Shown here in pieces: positions 24,732 through 32,755 of a DNA stretch of 35,091 nucleotides; the stretch's first letter is position 1, and the number at the start of each line of letters is the position of its first letter. This stretch comes from Chloroflexota bacterium (GTDB taxonomy: Bacteria > Chloroflexota > Dehalococcoidia > Dehalococcoidales > UBA2162), in NCBI GenBank assembly GCA_016193545.1, contig JACPSA010000041.1, positions 1 to 35,091 on the forward strand, given 5' to 3'. The notes beneath the pieces are model-generated. The model did no database searches. It was not told the origin of the DNA and was given only the letters and a program-made list of their open reading frames with translations. The position numbers and the translations under genes are program-made.

Positions 24732-25679
24732 ATGGCTTATCGGGATATTATCTATGAGAATCGGTATCTGGACGGTGTGGCCAGGATTACTCTCAACCGT
24801 CCGGAGAAGTTGAATGCATTCAGCGCCAGGCTACTGGATGAGTTTTTCACCGCTCTGGCTGAAGCCGAAGATGATGACGAGCTCAAGGTGGTGATTATCA
24901 GAGGAGCCGGCCGATGCTTTGCTTCCGGCTATGATTTGAACCCGCCACCGTTGGAGGCATCAGAGGAGTCATCGGCGGAGCCTGATGGTAGGGGATTGAG
25001 CTGGTCTTTCTTCCGAAAAGGTTCTCGCCGACGGACGGGAACAGCCGAAGACCTGAGGTATCTTTACTTTCGGGCCACCAAATGGCTCAGTCTCTGGGAT
25101 TATCGTAAGATTACCATCGCGCAAGTGCATAACTACTGTCTTTCCGGAGCCAACGAGTTGGCTGGCACCTGCGACTTGATTATAGCTTCTGAAGATGCTG
25201 TCTTTGGTCACCCGGCAGCCAGGTCCCAGGGCAATTTGCCTAATAGTTTTGGTGCCCTCTGGGCAATCAACATGGGCTTGAGGCAGGCTAAGTGGCTGGC
25301 CCTAACCGGCAAGACCATGACCGCGGCTGAAGCATTACGTGTCGGCTATGTTAATAAGGTAGTTCCCCGGGAGAAGCTGGAAGAAGAGACTAATGAGGCT
25401 GCCAGAAGTGTGGCTCTGATGGAGATGGATTTTCTCACTCTGCATAAGCGGGCGATTAACCGGTTCTTTGAAGTTGCCGGTTTAAAGACCTGCATCAACA
25501 CGGGCGTTGAGTTTGATGCTCTGGTGCATGCTTCTGAGGCTAGTCAGAGGTTGGGAGCTGAGTTCAATAAGATAAAGCAGGAGCAGGGACTCAAAGCGGC
25601 TCTTACCTGGCGTGATGCCAGATATGCTGATGGTCGTACTGCTGGTAGGGGGGTTCAAGCGCAGGAGAAAAGGAAGTAG
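24732..25679 (+). CDS. Enoyl-CoA hydratase/isomerase (crotonase) family protein
   Basis: 315 aa with ITLNRPEKLNAF and VVIIRGAGRCFASGYDL. AGGAGG lies upstream of the ATG. A charged extra loop (PPPLEASEESSAEPDGRGLSWSFFRKGSRRRTG) follows the oxyanion-hole segment. Confidence 0.85.
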   Translation: MAYRDIIYENRYLDGVARITLNRPEKLNAFSARLLDEFFTALAEAEDDDELKVVIIRGAGRCFASGYDLNPPPLEASEESSAEPDGRGLSWSFFRKGSRRRTGTAEDLRYLYFRATKWLSLWDYRKITIAQVHNYCLSGANELAGTCDLIIASEDAVFGHPAARSQGNLPNSFGALWAINMGLRQAKWLALTGKTMTAAEALRVGYVNKVVPREKLEEETNEAARSVALMEMDFLTLHKRAINRFFEVAGLKTCINTGVEFDALVHASEASQRLGAEFNKIKQEQGLKAALTWRDARYADGRTAGRGVQAQEKRK

Positions 25680-25769
25680 CAAGCCCCGGGGTAACTTGCT
25701 TGAGTTGACCTTGATCGGATAAGCCCGAACCTGCAACTATCTTCCCGGCTGTGAAGTAGTCCTGACAAT

Positions 25770-26219
25770 TCAGAATACGGTCACTAATTGCTTGCCTTTC
25801 TCCACATAGAGACAGACAAACGTTTCACTGTTTTTTACCCCTTCTATCCGGGTCAACCTGCCGCGTAAGTACTGGGAAAGCTCTTCGGTCGAGTTAAACT
25901 GGACCAGTGCAAAAACATCAAATCGTCCGGTGGTACTGGCTATCCACATCGTCTCTGGTTGGGCGGCCAGTGTTTGCATAACATTATCGATACTTTCATA
26001 AGATATATTTAGAGCTATTATTGCCTTTATCTGTCTGTCGTCCTGGTCAATGTGAACAGCCGTAGCGCGTAGCACTCCATTGCGGAGTAGCTGTTGCCGC
26101 CTGCGTCTGACTGTAGCCGGGCTCACACCGAGAGACTTAGCCAGGGTGTCGCTGGTCTGCCAGGCATCCTGCTCCAGTAGTTTGATTAATCGTCTATCTG
26201 TTTCATCAATATTGTACAT
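25770..26219 (-). CDS. Lrp/AsnC-family transcriptional regulator
   Basis: 149 aa with an N-terminal HTH (DRRLIKLLEQDAWQTSDTLAKSLGVSPATVRRRRQQLLRNGVL) and a C-terminal AsnC-type ligand domain. Confidence 0.9.
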   Translation of the reverse strand: MYNIDETDRRLIKLLEQDAWQTSDTLAKSLGVSPATVRRRRQQLLRNGVLRATAVHIDQDDRQIKAIIALNISYESIDNVMQTLAAQPETMWIASTTGRFDVFALVQFNSTEELSQYLRGRLTRIEGVKNSETFVCLYVEKGKQLVTVF

Positions 26220-26356
26220 TTCGCTTACATAGTATACTAGTTCGCTTGATTTGTCAAATATCGGCTTTTCACCTTGACTTTATCGTATCATTCGTATTAG
26301 AATTAAATTTTAATATTACTATCAATAAAAGAAAGTCTCAATTAAAAGGAGGGGAA

Positions 26357-28192
26357 ATGCAAAGAAAAACCGTCTGGTTGATAGTGATCTGTGTGGTAGT
26401 CTTATCCCTAGTGCTGGCATCATGTGCTCCGGCGGCTCCAACGGCGCCCACTGTGCCCACCGCACCGATCACACCCACCTTGCCAACCGCTCCAACAACA
26501 CCGATAGCGCCGGCAACTCCGGTAGCGCCATCAACAGAGACACCGAAGTATGGGGGGCAGCTTGCTATTGCCCCTCTGGGCAGGTGGACAGGCTTTGACC
26601 TTCTTTACCGAAGTGTATCAGGCTACTACCCAATAGGTCAAACCAATGAGACTTTGCTATCGGGAGATTGGGCTAAGGGACCAGCCGGCAGCAATGAGAA
26701 TGACTGGGCGACGGCATCGCCCATAATTAGCCACATGACGGGTTACTTGGCCGAGAGCTGGGAGTTGCCTGATGCGGAAACCATCATTATCCACCTTCGT
26801 AAAGGAATACATTGGGCGCTTAACCCTAGGTTTGAGGCCAGCCGCCTCGTCAACGGGCGAGAAGTAGTGGCTAATGACATCGTCTACACTATTGTGAAAA
26901 CCTATACCGCCCCGGGGGCCTATTTGCTGACGAGGACGATGCCAGAGGAGCGCCCGGTATCGACGACAGCATCGGACAAGTACACTGTTATTATCAAGAC
27001 TCAGAAAGGATTCCTGGGATCCCTGTTCCAAAGGGTGGGTAGTTCTACTGGTTATTGGCCGTCTGAACCGAGGGAAAAGTACGGAGACATGCGGGACTGG
27101 AAAAGCACCGTTGGCAGCGGCCCATTTATGATTGAAGATTATGTTGACGCTAGTACCATCACTTTAATCAGAAACCCCAACTACTGGCAGAAGAACCCCG
27201 TTGGTCTCGACAAGGGGAACCAGTTACCCTATGTGGACGGCGTCAAGATATTTTCCATAACCGATAAATCTACCCGGGCAGCGGCATTTCGCACCGGTAA
27301 ACTTGACCATCTAGGTGGTAGAAGTGGTGGTCTTGTTGCCGAAGATGTAAACAACTTGGTGCAGTCCAATCCTGGGTCGATGACAAAAGCGCTTGCCGGC
27401 GCCGCTTTTGGTATAAGATTAAGGATGGACAGACCAGAACTGCCCTGGAATGACATCAGGGTACGTCGAGCACTAAACATGGCTCTAGACAGGGAGACGA
27501 TAGTGAAGGACTACTATAGGGGCAACGCCAATCTAACCAATTACCCGACGACACCATACCGTATGTACGTTACGTTGGGAGTAGCCAAACAGCTTAATGA
27601 ATGGCCTGAGGTCTTCCAGGAGGCGATGAAGTACCAGCCAGAGAAGGCGAGGCAGTTGCTGGCTGAAGCTGGCTATCCCAGCGGCTTTAAGATGGAAGTG
27701 ATTGTCGAGTCGGTGGCAGACCGTATTGATGAGTTGTCCTTAATAAAAGACTACCTAGCCAAAATCGGCGTTGCCCTCGATATACAGCCAAAGGAGAGCG
27801 GCGTTTTCGCTTCTATCTCACAAGGGAAAACGCATAAAGAGACGATATATACTGGTGCGGGCGCTATGCATTATTACTGGGAGTCCTGGCGGCCAGGTGC
27901 TCCAGCCAATGTTGGCATGATTAATAACCCTGCAGTTAATAAAGCCATTACCGAGTTCAGCAACTACTTCTTCATTAGCGACGATAAAGCTTTCCGGATA
28001 ATGAGGGAAACGGTTGTTTATATCGCTGAGCAGTTCTGGGTGGTGCCCTTCCCGTCTCCACACGAGTATGTCATCTGGCAGCCGTGGCTGAAGGGTTTCC
28101 ATGGTGAATATATGTCAGGTACTGTTAATCAATTTAGTTTTACAACATTTGCTTGGGTTGACCAGGAGCTGAAGAAATCATTGGGATTCTAA
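26357..28192 (+). CDS. ABC-transporter family-5 solute-binding lipoprotein (peptide/nickel/opine type) with a Pro/Thr/Ala linker
   Basis: The track ORF starts at TTG 26246. AAAGGAGGGG precedes ATG 26357, giving MQRKTVWLIVICVVVLSLVLASCAPAAPTAPTVPTAP... (lipobox LASC). The PKYGGQL and NPNYWQ blocks are typical of family 5. The product is 611 aa. Confidence 0.85.
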   Translation: MQRKTVWLIVICVVVLSLVLASCAPAAPTAPTVPTAPITPTLPTAPTTPIAPATPVAPSTETPKYGGQLAIAPLGRWTGFDLLYRSVSGYYPIGQTNETLLSGDWAKGPAGSNENDWATASPIISHMTGYLAESWELPDAETIIIHLRKGIHWALNPRFEASRLVNGREVVANDIVYTIVKTYTAPGAYLLTRTMPEERPVSTTASDKYTVIIKTQKGFLGSLFQRVGSSTGYWPSEPREKYGDMRDWKSTVGSGPFMIEDYVDASTITLIRNPNYWQKNPVGLDKGNQLPYVDGVKIFSITDKSTRAAAFRTGKLDHLGGRSGGLVAEDVNNLVQSNPGSMTKALAGAAFGIRLRMDRPELPWNDIRVRRALNMALDRETIVKDYYRGNANLTNYPTTPYRMYVTLGVAKQLNEWPEVFQEAMKYQPEKARQLLAEAGYPSGFKMEVIVESVADRIDELSLIKDYLAKIGVALDIQPKESGVFASISQGKTHKETIYTGAGAMHYYWESWRPGAPANVGMINNPAVNKAITEFSNYFFISDDKAFRIMRETVVYIAEQFWVVPFPSPHEYVIWQPWLKGFHGEYMSGTVNQFSFTTFAWVDQELKKSLGF

Positions 28193-28234
28193 GCCGAGTA
28201 GTTACTGAGAAATCAGTAAAGGAGAGTGAGGTAA

Positions 28235-30070
28235 ATGACGAAGAAGATTGTCTGGTTATTATTGAGTTGTCTGGTGGTGTTTTCGCTGGCACTGGCAGCC
28301 TGCGCCCCGGCGGCGCCGACGACCCCGGCAGCACCAACGACACCGGTGGTGCCAACAGCACCGACCACACCAACAGCTCCAACGGCTCCGGCAACTCCGG
28401 TAGTACCGGCAACCGAGGTGCCGAAATACGGTGGACAGCTTAACCTGGTTGAACCAGGGGTGATAAATTCATTTGCCCCGGTTTTGTTTGAAGCAACCCG
28501 TACCGGTACCATAACCAATGAGGTATTATATGGAGGGGACTGGACTAAGGGAGCAGCTGGCACTAACGAAGCGGCCTGGCTGGCGGCTACCCAGTCGTTT
28601 GGTCTGGCTACGATGCGGCTGGCCGAGAGCTACGAGTTAGCCGGCAATGATACCATTATCTTGCATATCCGTAAAGGGATTCGCTACGCCCTTAACCCGG
28701 CCAGCGAGGCTAGCCGTCTGGTAAATGGCCGGGAACTGACTGCCCAGGATGTGGCCCGTTCCTTGAATGATGGGTATTTTGATAAGGAAGGTGTCCTCCA
28801 GTCCAGGTATCTCCCCGAGCAGCGCCAGGTAACGATAGAGGCGACCGATAAATACACGGTTACAATCAAAGCTAAGCCGGAAATCCTGAGCGCCACATTC
28901 TATTGGGTTGGAGAGTCGAGCACTATCTACGCGCCGGAAGTCTATGATAAATATAACAAGATGCGTGATTGGCGGCATTCTGTGGGTACGGGACCGTATA
29001 TCCTGACCGATGTTGTTGAGGGAGCTTCGGCGACCCTGGTGAGGAATCCTAACTACTGGGAGAGAGACCCTATCGGCCCGGGGAAAGGTAATCAATTACC
29101 CTACCTGGACCGCATCAAGTTCTTGATGATAGCGGACGTATCTACTCGACAGGCGGGATTTCGGACGGGCAAGATTGACATAATAGGTGGCGCTGCTACT
29201 GGTGGGGGTGGGGGTCTTAATACGGAAGATACCCAGCAGATACTAAAGACTCGCCCCGATGTGCGTTATCTCAGCTATGTTACTAGAAATCCGAACGTAA
29301 TAGCTCTCAGAGTGGACAAGCCGGAGCTACCCTGGTACAACGTTAAGGTACGGCAGGCGTTGACCATGGCCATCGACTACAATACCATCATCAAGGACTA
29401 CTTTAAGGGTAGTGCGGAACTGATTTATCCGGTCGTCCCCTGGCCGGAATATATGGTGGTGCATACCCCCCTGGCGGAACAGAATGAGGTAGTCCGGGAT
29501 ATGTATACCTACCAGCCGGAAAAGGCTAAGAAGCTCCTGGCGGAGGCGGGCTATCCCAACGGCTTCAAGATAAGCGTAATTACTCAGAAAGAGCAGGTGG
29601 ACGACCTATCGGTGATGAAATTCTACTTGCAGCAGGTTGGCGTTAACCTGGAACTTGATGTCAGGGAACGTGGCGTCTACACCTCAATAACCGCCGGCAA
29701 GCAGCACAAAGAGGCTGTCGGTAGCTCGTTTAATGCTGGCCAACCTTTCAACATAGAGAAATGGCAACCGGGTACTACTAGTAATACCATCATACTTGAT
29801 GACCCACGCGCCAATGAGGTAGTTTCACTCGTGGTGGCGGAGGGCATGTTTAATGAGGCCAAGGTCTGGCCGGTAATGAAGGAGTTCTTCAAGTATGCTA
29901 CTGAGCAGGCCTGGTACATCCAGTTCCCGGCCCCCGCCATCTACAACCTGTGGCAGCCGTGGGTCAAGAATTACCACGGTGAGCATTACTCGGGGGTCAG
30001 GGGGCCATGGCTTTTTGTCTCTAAATACTCCTGGATTGACCAGGAGCTAAAGAAATCAATGGGATTTTAG
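28235..30070 (+). CDS. ABC-transporter family-5 solute-binding lipoprotein, paralog of the upstream gene
   Basis: 611 aa with lipobox LAACAPAAPTTPAAPTTP..., PKYGGQL and NPNYWE. It has the same C-terminus as its neighbour (WIDQELKKSMGF versus WVDQELKKSLGF). Confidence 0.85.
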   Translation: MTKKIVWLLLSCLVVFSLALAACAPAAPTTPAAPTTPVVPTAPTTPTAPTAPATPVVPATEVPKYGGQLNLVEPGVINSFAPVLFEATRTGTITNEVLYGGDWTKGAAGTNEAAWLAATQSFGLATMRLAESYELAGNDTIILHIRKGIRYALNPASEASRLVNGRELTAQDVARSLNDGYFDKEGVLQSRYLPEQRQVTIEATDKYTVTIKAKPEILSATFYWVGESSTIYAPEVYDKYNKMRDWRHSVGTGPYILTDVVEGASATLVRNPNYWERDPIGPGKGNQLPYLDRIKFLMIADVSTRQAGFRTGKIDIIGGAATGGGGGLNTEDTQQILKTRPDVRYLSYVTRNPNVIALRVDKPELPWYNVKVRQALTMAIDYNTIIKDYFKGSAELIYPVVPWPEYMVVHTPLAEQNEVVRDMYTYQPEKAKKLLAEAGYPNGFKISVITQKEQVDDLSVMKFYLQQVGVNLELDVRERGVYTSITAGKQHKEAVGSSFNAGQPFNIEKWQPGTTSNTIILDDPRANEVVSLVVAEGMFNEAKVWPVMKEFFKYATEQAWYIQFPAPAIYNLWQPWVKNYHGEHYSGVRGPWLFVSKYSWIDQELKKSMGF

Positions 30071-30103
30071 GGCTGGGTAATCAGGTCATAGAACAACAGA
30101 AAA

Positions 30104-30134
30104 GGAGCCAGAATGTTCTTGGAATTCTGGCTCC
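30104..30134. terminator. Bidirectional rho-independent terminator between convergent genes
   Basis: GGAGCCAGAAT (30104-30114), 9-nt loop, ATTCTGGCTCC (30124-30134). It is followed by TTTCTTTTT on the plus strand and by a T-rich run on the minus strand. Confidence 0.7.
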
Positions 30135-30181
30135 TTTCTTTTTGGTCATTATAGGGCGAACCGGGTACGTTTTGTGGGAAC

Positions 30182-30976
30182 TTATTCCTCAATGGCCATG
30201 GCATAGCAGCCGGCTACTCCCCATCCCTTGACTCGGAAGGGAAGGGCAATAAGCTTGAAGCGGGGTTTGGTGATGCGGGTGGCGTTGACAACGCCACCGA
30301 TGCAGGCGATGCCGTTCACAAAGAGGCGCATTATACCCCGCCGCTCGAATACCCCGGTCTTGGGAGCTTGGTGCGACTGTTTAGCCACGTAAGCCTTGGC
30401 TTCAGGTGACATCCAGGACTTGGGGCGGGGTTTTTGAGCACACCAGGTTGCTTTCATCTCTTTGTAGTCGCCGCAGTTGGCCACATCGTAGCAGAACAGG
30501 TCGCTCTTGTTCTTCTTCATCACCTCGATAATCCGCACCATGCTGCCGTCATCATAGTAGGGGCTGGTCATCTCGAAGTCGTCCCCGAGCTTAAGCAGCC
30601 GTTCTTCGGTGCCCCAGCCAGTGCGCACCAGGATGGCGTCTCCCGTCCGCAGGGTGACTTTGGCAAGGGCTTTGTCGATGTCCTGGGCGGTTACCGGCTC
30701 ATTGGCTTTCTTGGGGACATCCAGGATGACGGTATCCTTGAGGACGAACTTGGTCAGGTCGATTTCGTCCAGCTTGGGGCTGCTCTTCTGCTCGACACAG
30801 ATGCTGGGTAGAATCATTCGAGTCCCCGGCTCGGAGCTAAAAGTGTGAACCCCTCGCTGGTGGCCATGGACTTCCCAGGTATAAATCCACTCTACCTGAA
30901 AGGGTTGTTCCTGGGGGTAGGCAGCGCCATAACCCATCCCTTCATAGAATGGCATGGTCAGGCTAATCATCTTCAT
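30182..30976 (-). CDS. Cyclase-family (kynurenine formamidase fold)-like protein, apparently lacking the metal-binding His motif
   Basis: 264 aa. The layout ...VILDVPKKANEPVTAQDIDKAL...LRTGDAILVRTGWG resembles putative cyclases. Where HxGTHxDxPxH is expected, the sequence reads EPGTRMILPSI. Confidence 0.45.
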   Translation of the reverse strand: MKMISLTMPFYEGMGYGAAYPQEQPFQVEWIYTWEVHGHQRGVHTFSSEPGTRMILPSICVEQKSSPKLDEIDLTKFVLKDTVILDVPKKANEPVTAQDIDKALAKVTLRTGDAILVRTGWGTEERLLKLGDDFEMTSPYYDDGSMVRIIEVMKKNKSDLFCYDVANCGDYKEMKATWCAQKPRPKSWMSPEAKAYVAKQSHQAPKTGVFERRGIMRLFVNGIACIGGVVNATRITKPRFKLIALPFRVKGWGVAGCYAMAIEE

Positions 30977-31186
30977 TGTGTTGACTCCCTCCCTTTTATT
31001 TCTTAAAAATTTGTTCTTATATCTAAACTCATTTCCAACCCGATGTCAATCTGCCTTGGGTTTAGGCAAACGTTCATGTAGGTTGGGAATGGTTCTAGGT
31101 AGTTTTCCCTTTGCTGGTCTTACCGAACAGTATGAAATTCTATTATCACAAAGGGGTAAGCTTCTGAGAAATGATTTGCAAGCAGT

Positions 31187-31263
31187 TGGTAGCGCATACG
31201 GGATTCGAACCCGTGATCTCTTCCTTGAGAGGGAAGTGTCCTAAGCCCCTAGACGAATGCGCC
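31187..31263 (-). tRNA. tRNA-Glu (anticodon CUC), CCA encoded
   Basis: Minus-strand 77-mer GGCGCATTCGTCTAGGGGCTTAGGACACTTCCCTCTCAAGGAAGAGATCACGGGTTCGAATCCCGTATGCGCTACCA. It folds as a cloverleaf with acceptor 7 bp (G1-U72), D stem GTCT/GGAC, anticodon stem CTTCC/GGAAG with loop CT-CTC-AA, and T arm ACGGG-TTCGAAT-CCCGT. Confidence 0.9.
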
Positions 31264-31524
31264 ATTCAAAAACAAGGTTTCCGTGGCAAAATAGCTGGTT
31301 TGATATTCAGGAATCATTGAACCTTTTAAGCCCTGGCCTGGTGTTGGGATTGTAGTACCTGCTGAGGAGGTTTGACTGCTGGCAACCAGCCGTAACGATT
31401 CTAACCGGCGTAGGTGGAAATTGCAACACCAATTTACCCCTAGCCTCAGGTAAGGCCGAGGCAAAAGATACCTAGAACTGAGGCTGCTTCTCGTCTAGGG
31501 ATTGACTATCAGCCTGTTAGTTCA

Positions 31525-31887
31525 TTATTCTTTGCTTAAAGCAAATCCGCCGCCGATGAGTGAGCTAAAAAAGACCATGAGCAGGCCGAAGATGCCAGCA
31601 AGCAAACCCACCCCTACACCTCTACCCAAAATCATCCCGAAGCCAACAATCTGCAGGATTAGTGGCAGGATACCCAGTATCAAACCGTTCACAATCACGG
31701 TACTGTACTTTCCGCCGAATTGTACTGTTTTATAACCGACCCAAATACCAAAAGCGAATAGCACCAGTGCCACAACGGGTGGTTGGAAAATATCTTTCAA
31801 GCCGGGGAATATGGCCTCCGCTATCAGATGGACCAAGCCGACAATAATGGCGCTGATGAGTGGGTATTTTAGTGCCTTACCGTTCAT
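31525..31887 (-). CDS. Small hypothetical membrane protein (about 4 TM helices)
   Basis: 120-aa Gly/Leu/Ile-rich hydrophobic ORF. I recognised no family. Confidence 0.6.
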   Translation of the reverse strand: MNGKALKYPLISAIIVGLVHLIAEAIFPGLKDIFQPPVVALVLFAFGIWVGYKTVQFGGKYSTVIVNGLILGILPLILQIVGFGMILGRGVGVGLLAGIFGLLMVFFSSLIGGGFALSKE

Positions 31888-32043
31888 TTGTATGCCTCCT
31901 TATTGAATTTCTGGCTCGGATATGGAGTAGAGTTTATCGGAAAAGTAGGCGAAAGTCAAGGGGGGTATTTATTAGTTTGCCATGTTCCCTCTTTGCCCGA
32001 ATCGCTTGGGTAACGATATGTCAAGTCAATTACTGGTTATTTT

Positions 32044-32157
32044 AAGGTAATCTCGTTACCTTTACTGGCTGGGCACTCGGGACACATATCGAACTTTTTG
32101 CATCCCGATTTGGTTTCAAGATTGCGTGAACTACTGTCTAAGCAACGCCAGCCATAG
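32044..32157 (+). repeat. Copy 1 of a ~100-bp intergenic repeat with a coding-like plus-strand frame
   Basis: About 75% identical to 32618-32729 and shares a 20-nt perfect core, GGACACATATCGAACTTTTT. The plus frame from 32044 reads KVISLPLLAGHSGHISNFLHPDLVSRLRELLSKQRQP*. Confidence 0.7.
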
Positions 32158-32179
32158 ACATTATATCGGTAGAGACCAA

Positions 32180-32524
32180 CTACTTGAATTCCTTCTTCGA
32201 TAGAATAGTGAGCAGAATAATCAAAATCCCAGGCAGAGGTAGTAAAAGTAACACAGCAACCGAGCTAGCAAAGACCAGACCCCAAATTTTCTTCCTGAGT
32301 GCCTGGATACCCCCAGCCAAGGCCAAGAATCCTACAGGAAAAGAAAGAAGAAGCATTACTATCGAGAAAATATTGCTCCCTCCTAGTACGAACGAGACAA
32401 AGGCTCCGTGAGGTACCAGTAACCAGGCCAGAGAATGTGGAATGGAGGGAAAACCCCAGAGCCAGCCACCCAAGGAGAGAAAAGCACCGATAACCAAGCT
32501 TAAAATGCCAGTAATTGTCGCCAT
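32180..32524 (-). CDS. Small hypothetical membrane protein (about 4 TM helices)
   Basis: 114-aa hydrophobic ORF. I recognised no family. Confidence 0.6.
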   Translation of the reverse strand: MATITGILSLVIGAFLSLGGWLWGFPSIPHSLAWLLVPHGAFVSFVLGGSNIFSIVMLLLSFPVGFLALAGGIQALRKKIWGLVFASSVAVLLLLPLPGILIILLTILSKKEFK

Positions 32525-32617
32525 TTGATTCTCAGAAGACGCTACTTTTGTTGGTGTAAAGCCTGATAGGTTTTTTCATTACAGTCAGTATAATATCACA
32601 GAACCGCTTGTCTGAAA

Positions 32618-32729
32618 ATGGTAATCATATTACTTTTTCTTGGCTGACCACTCAGGACACATATCGAACTTTTTACGACCGGATTTGATTCCAAAGCTGC
32701 GAGAATTACTCAAGAAAGTAGTGACTTAG
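32618..32729 (+). repeat. Copy 2 of the ~100-bp intergenic repeat
   Basis: ATGGTAATC at 32618 aligns with AAGGTAATC of copy 1. A 1-nt indel follows. From TTG 32640 the plus frame reads LADHSGHISNFLRPDLIPKLRELLKKVVT*. Confidence 0.7.
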
Positions 32730-32755
32730 TCGACCCAATCAGAAGCTTTAGAGCA

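Noticed and set aside
26400-28430. Short periodic DNA repeats at the 5' ends of both solute-binding protein genes (possible CRISPR or tandem repeat)
   Set aside because: They encode in-frame AP/TP/VP linker peptides downstream of lipoboxes. They are imperfect and lack a spacer-repeat architecture. No CRISPR array exists in the window.
5803-30848. Numerous 60-220-aa ORFs antisense to or nested in large genes (for example 6518..7120+, 8324..8593+, 13479..14135+, 14672..15139+, 16130..16558+, 17547..17939+, 18128..18716+, 26657..27031-, 28637..29095-, 30434..30811+)
   Set aside because: Each overlaps a CDS with clear family motifs on the other strand or frame. None has recognisable motifs or an SD. 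This is typical chance ORF content in ~50% GC DNA.
31249-31464. 71-aa minus-strand ORF
   Set aside because: Its 3' part overlaps the tRNA-Glu gene. It has no SD and no recognisable protein features.
31455-31490. SRP (4.5S) RNA, because of GAGAAGCAGCC resembling the GGAAGCAGCC of domain IV
   Set aside because: The flanking GNRA tetraloop and the symmetric/asymmetric loop context (AGGUCAGGUCCGGAAGGAAGCAGCC) are absent. The similarity is limited to ~9 nt.
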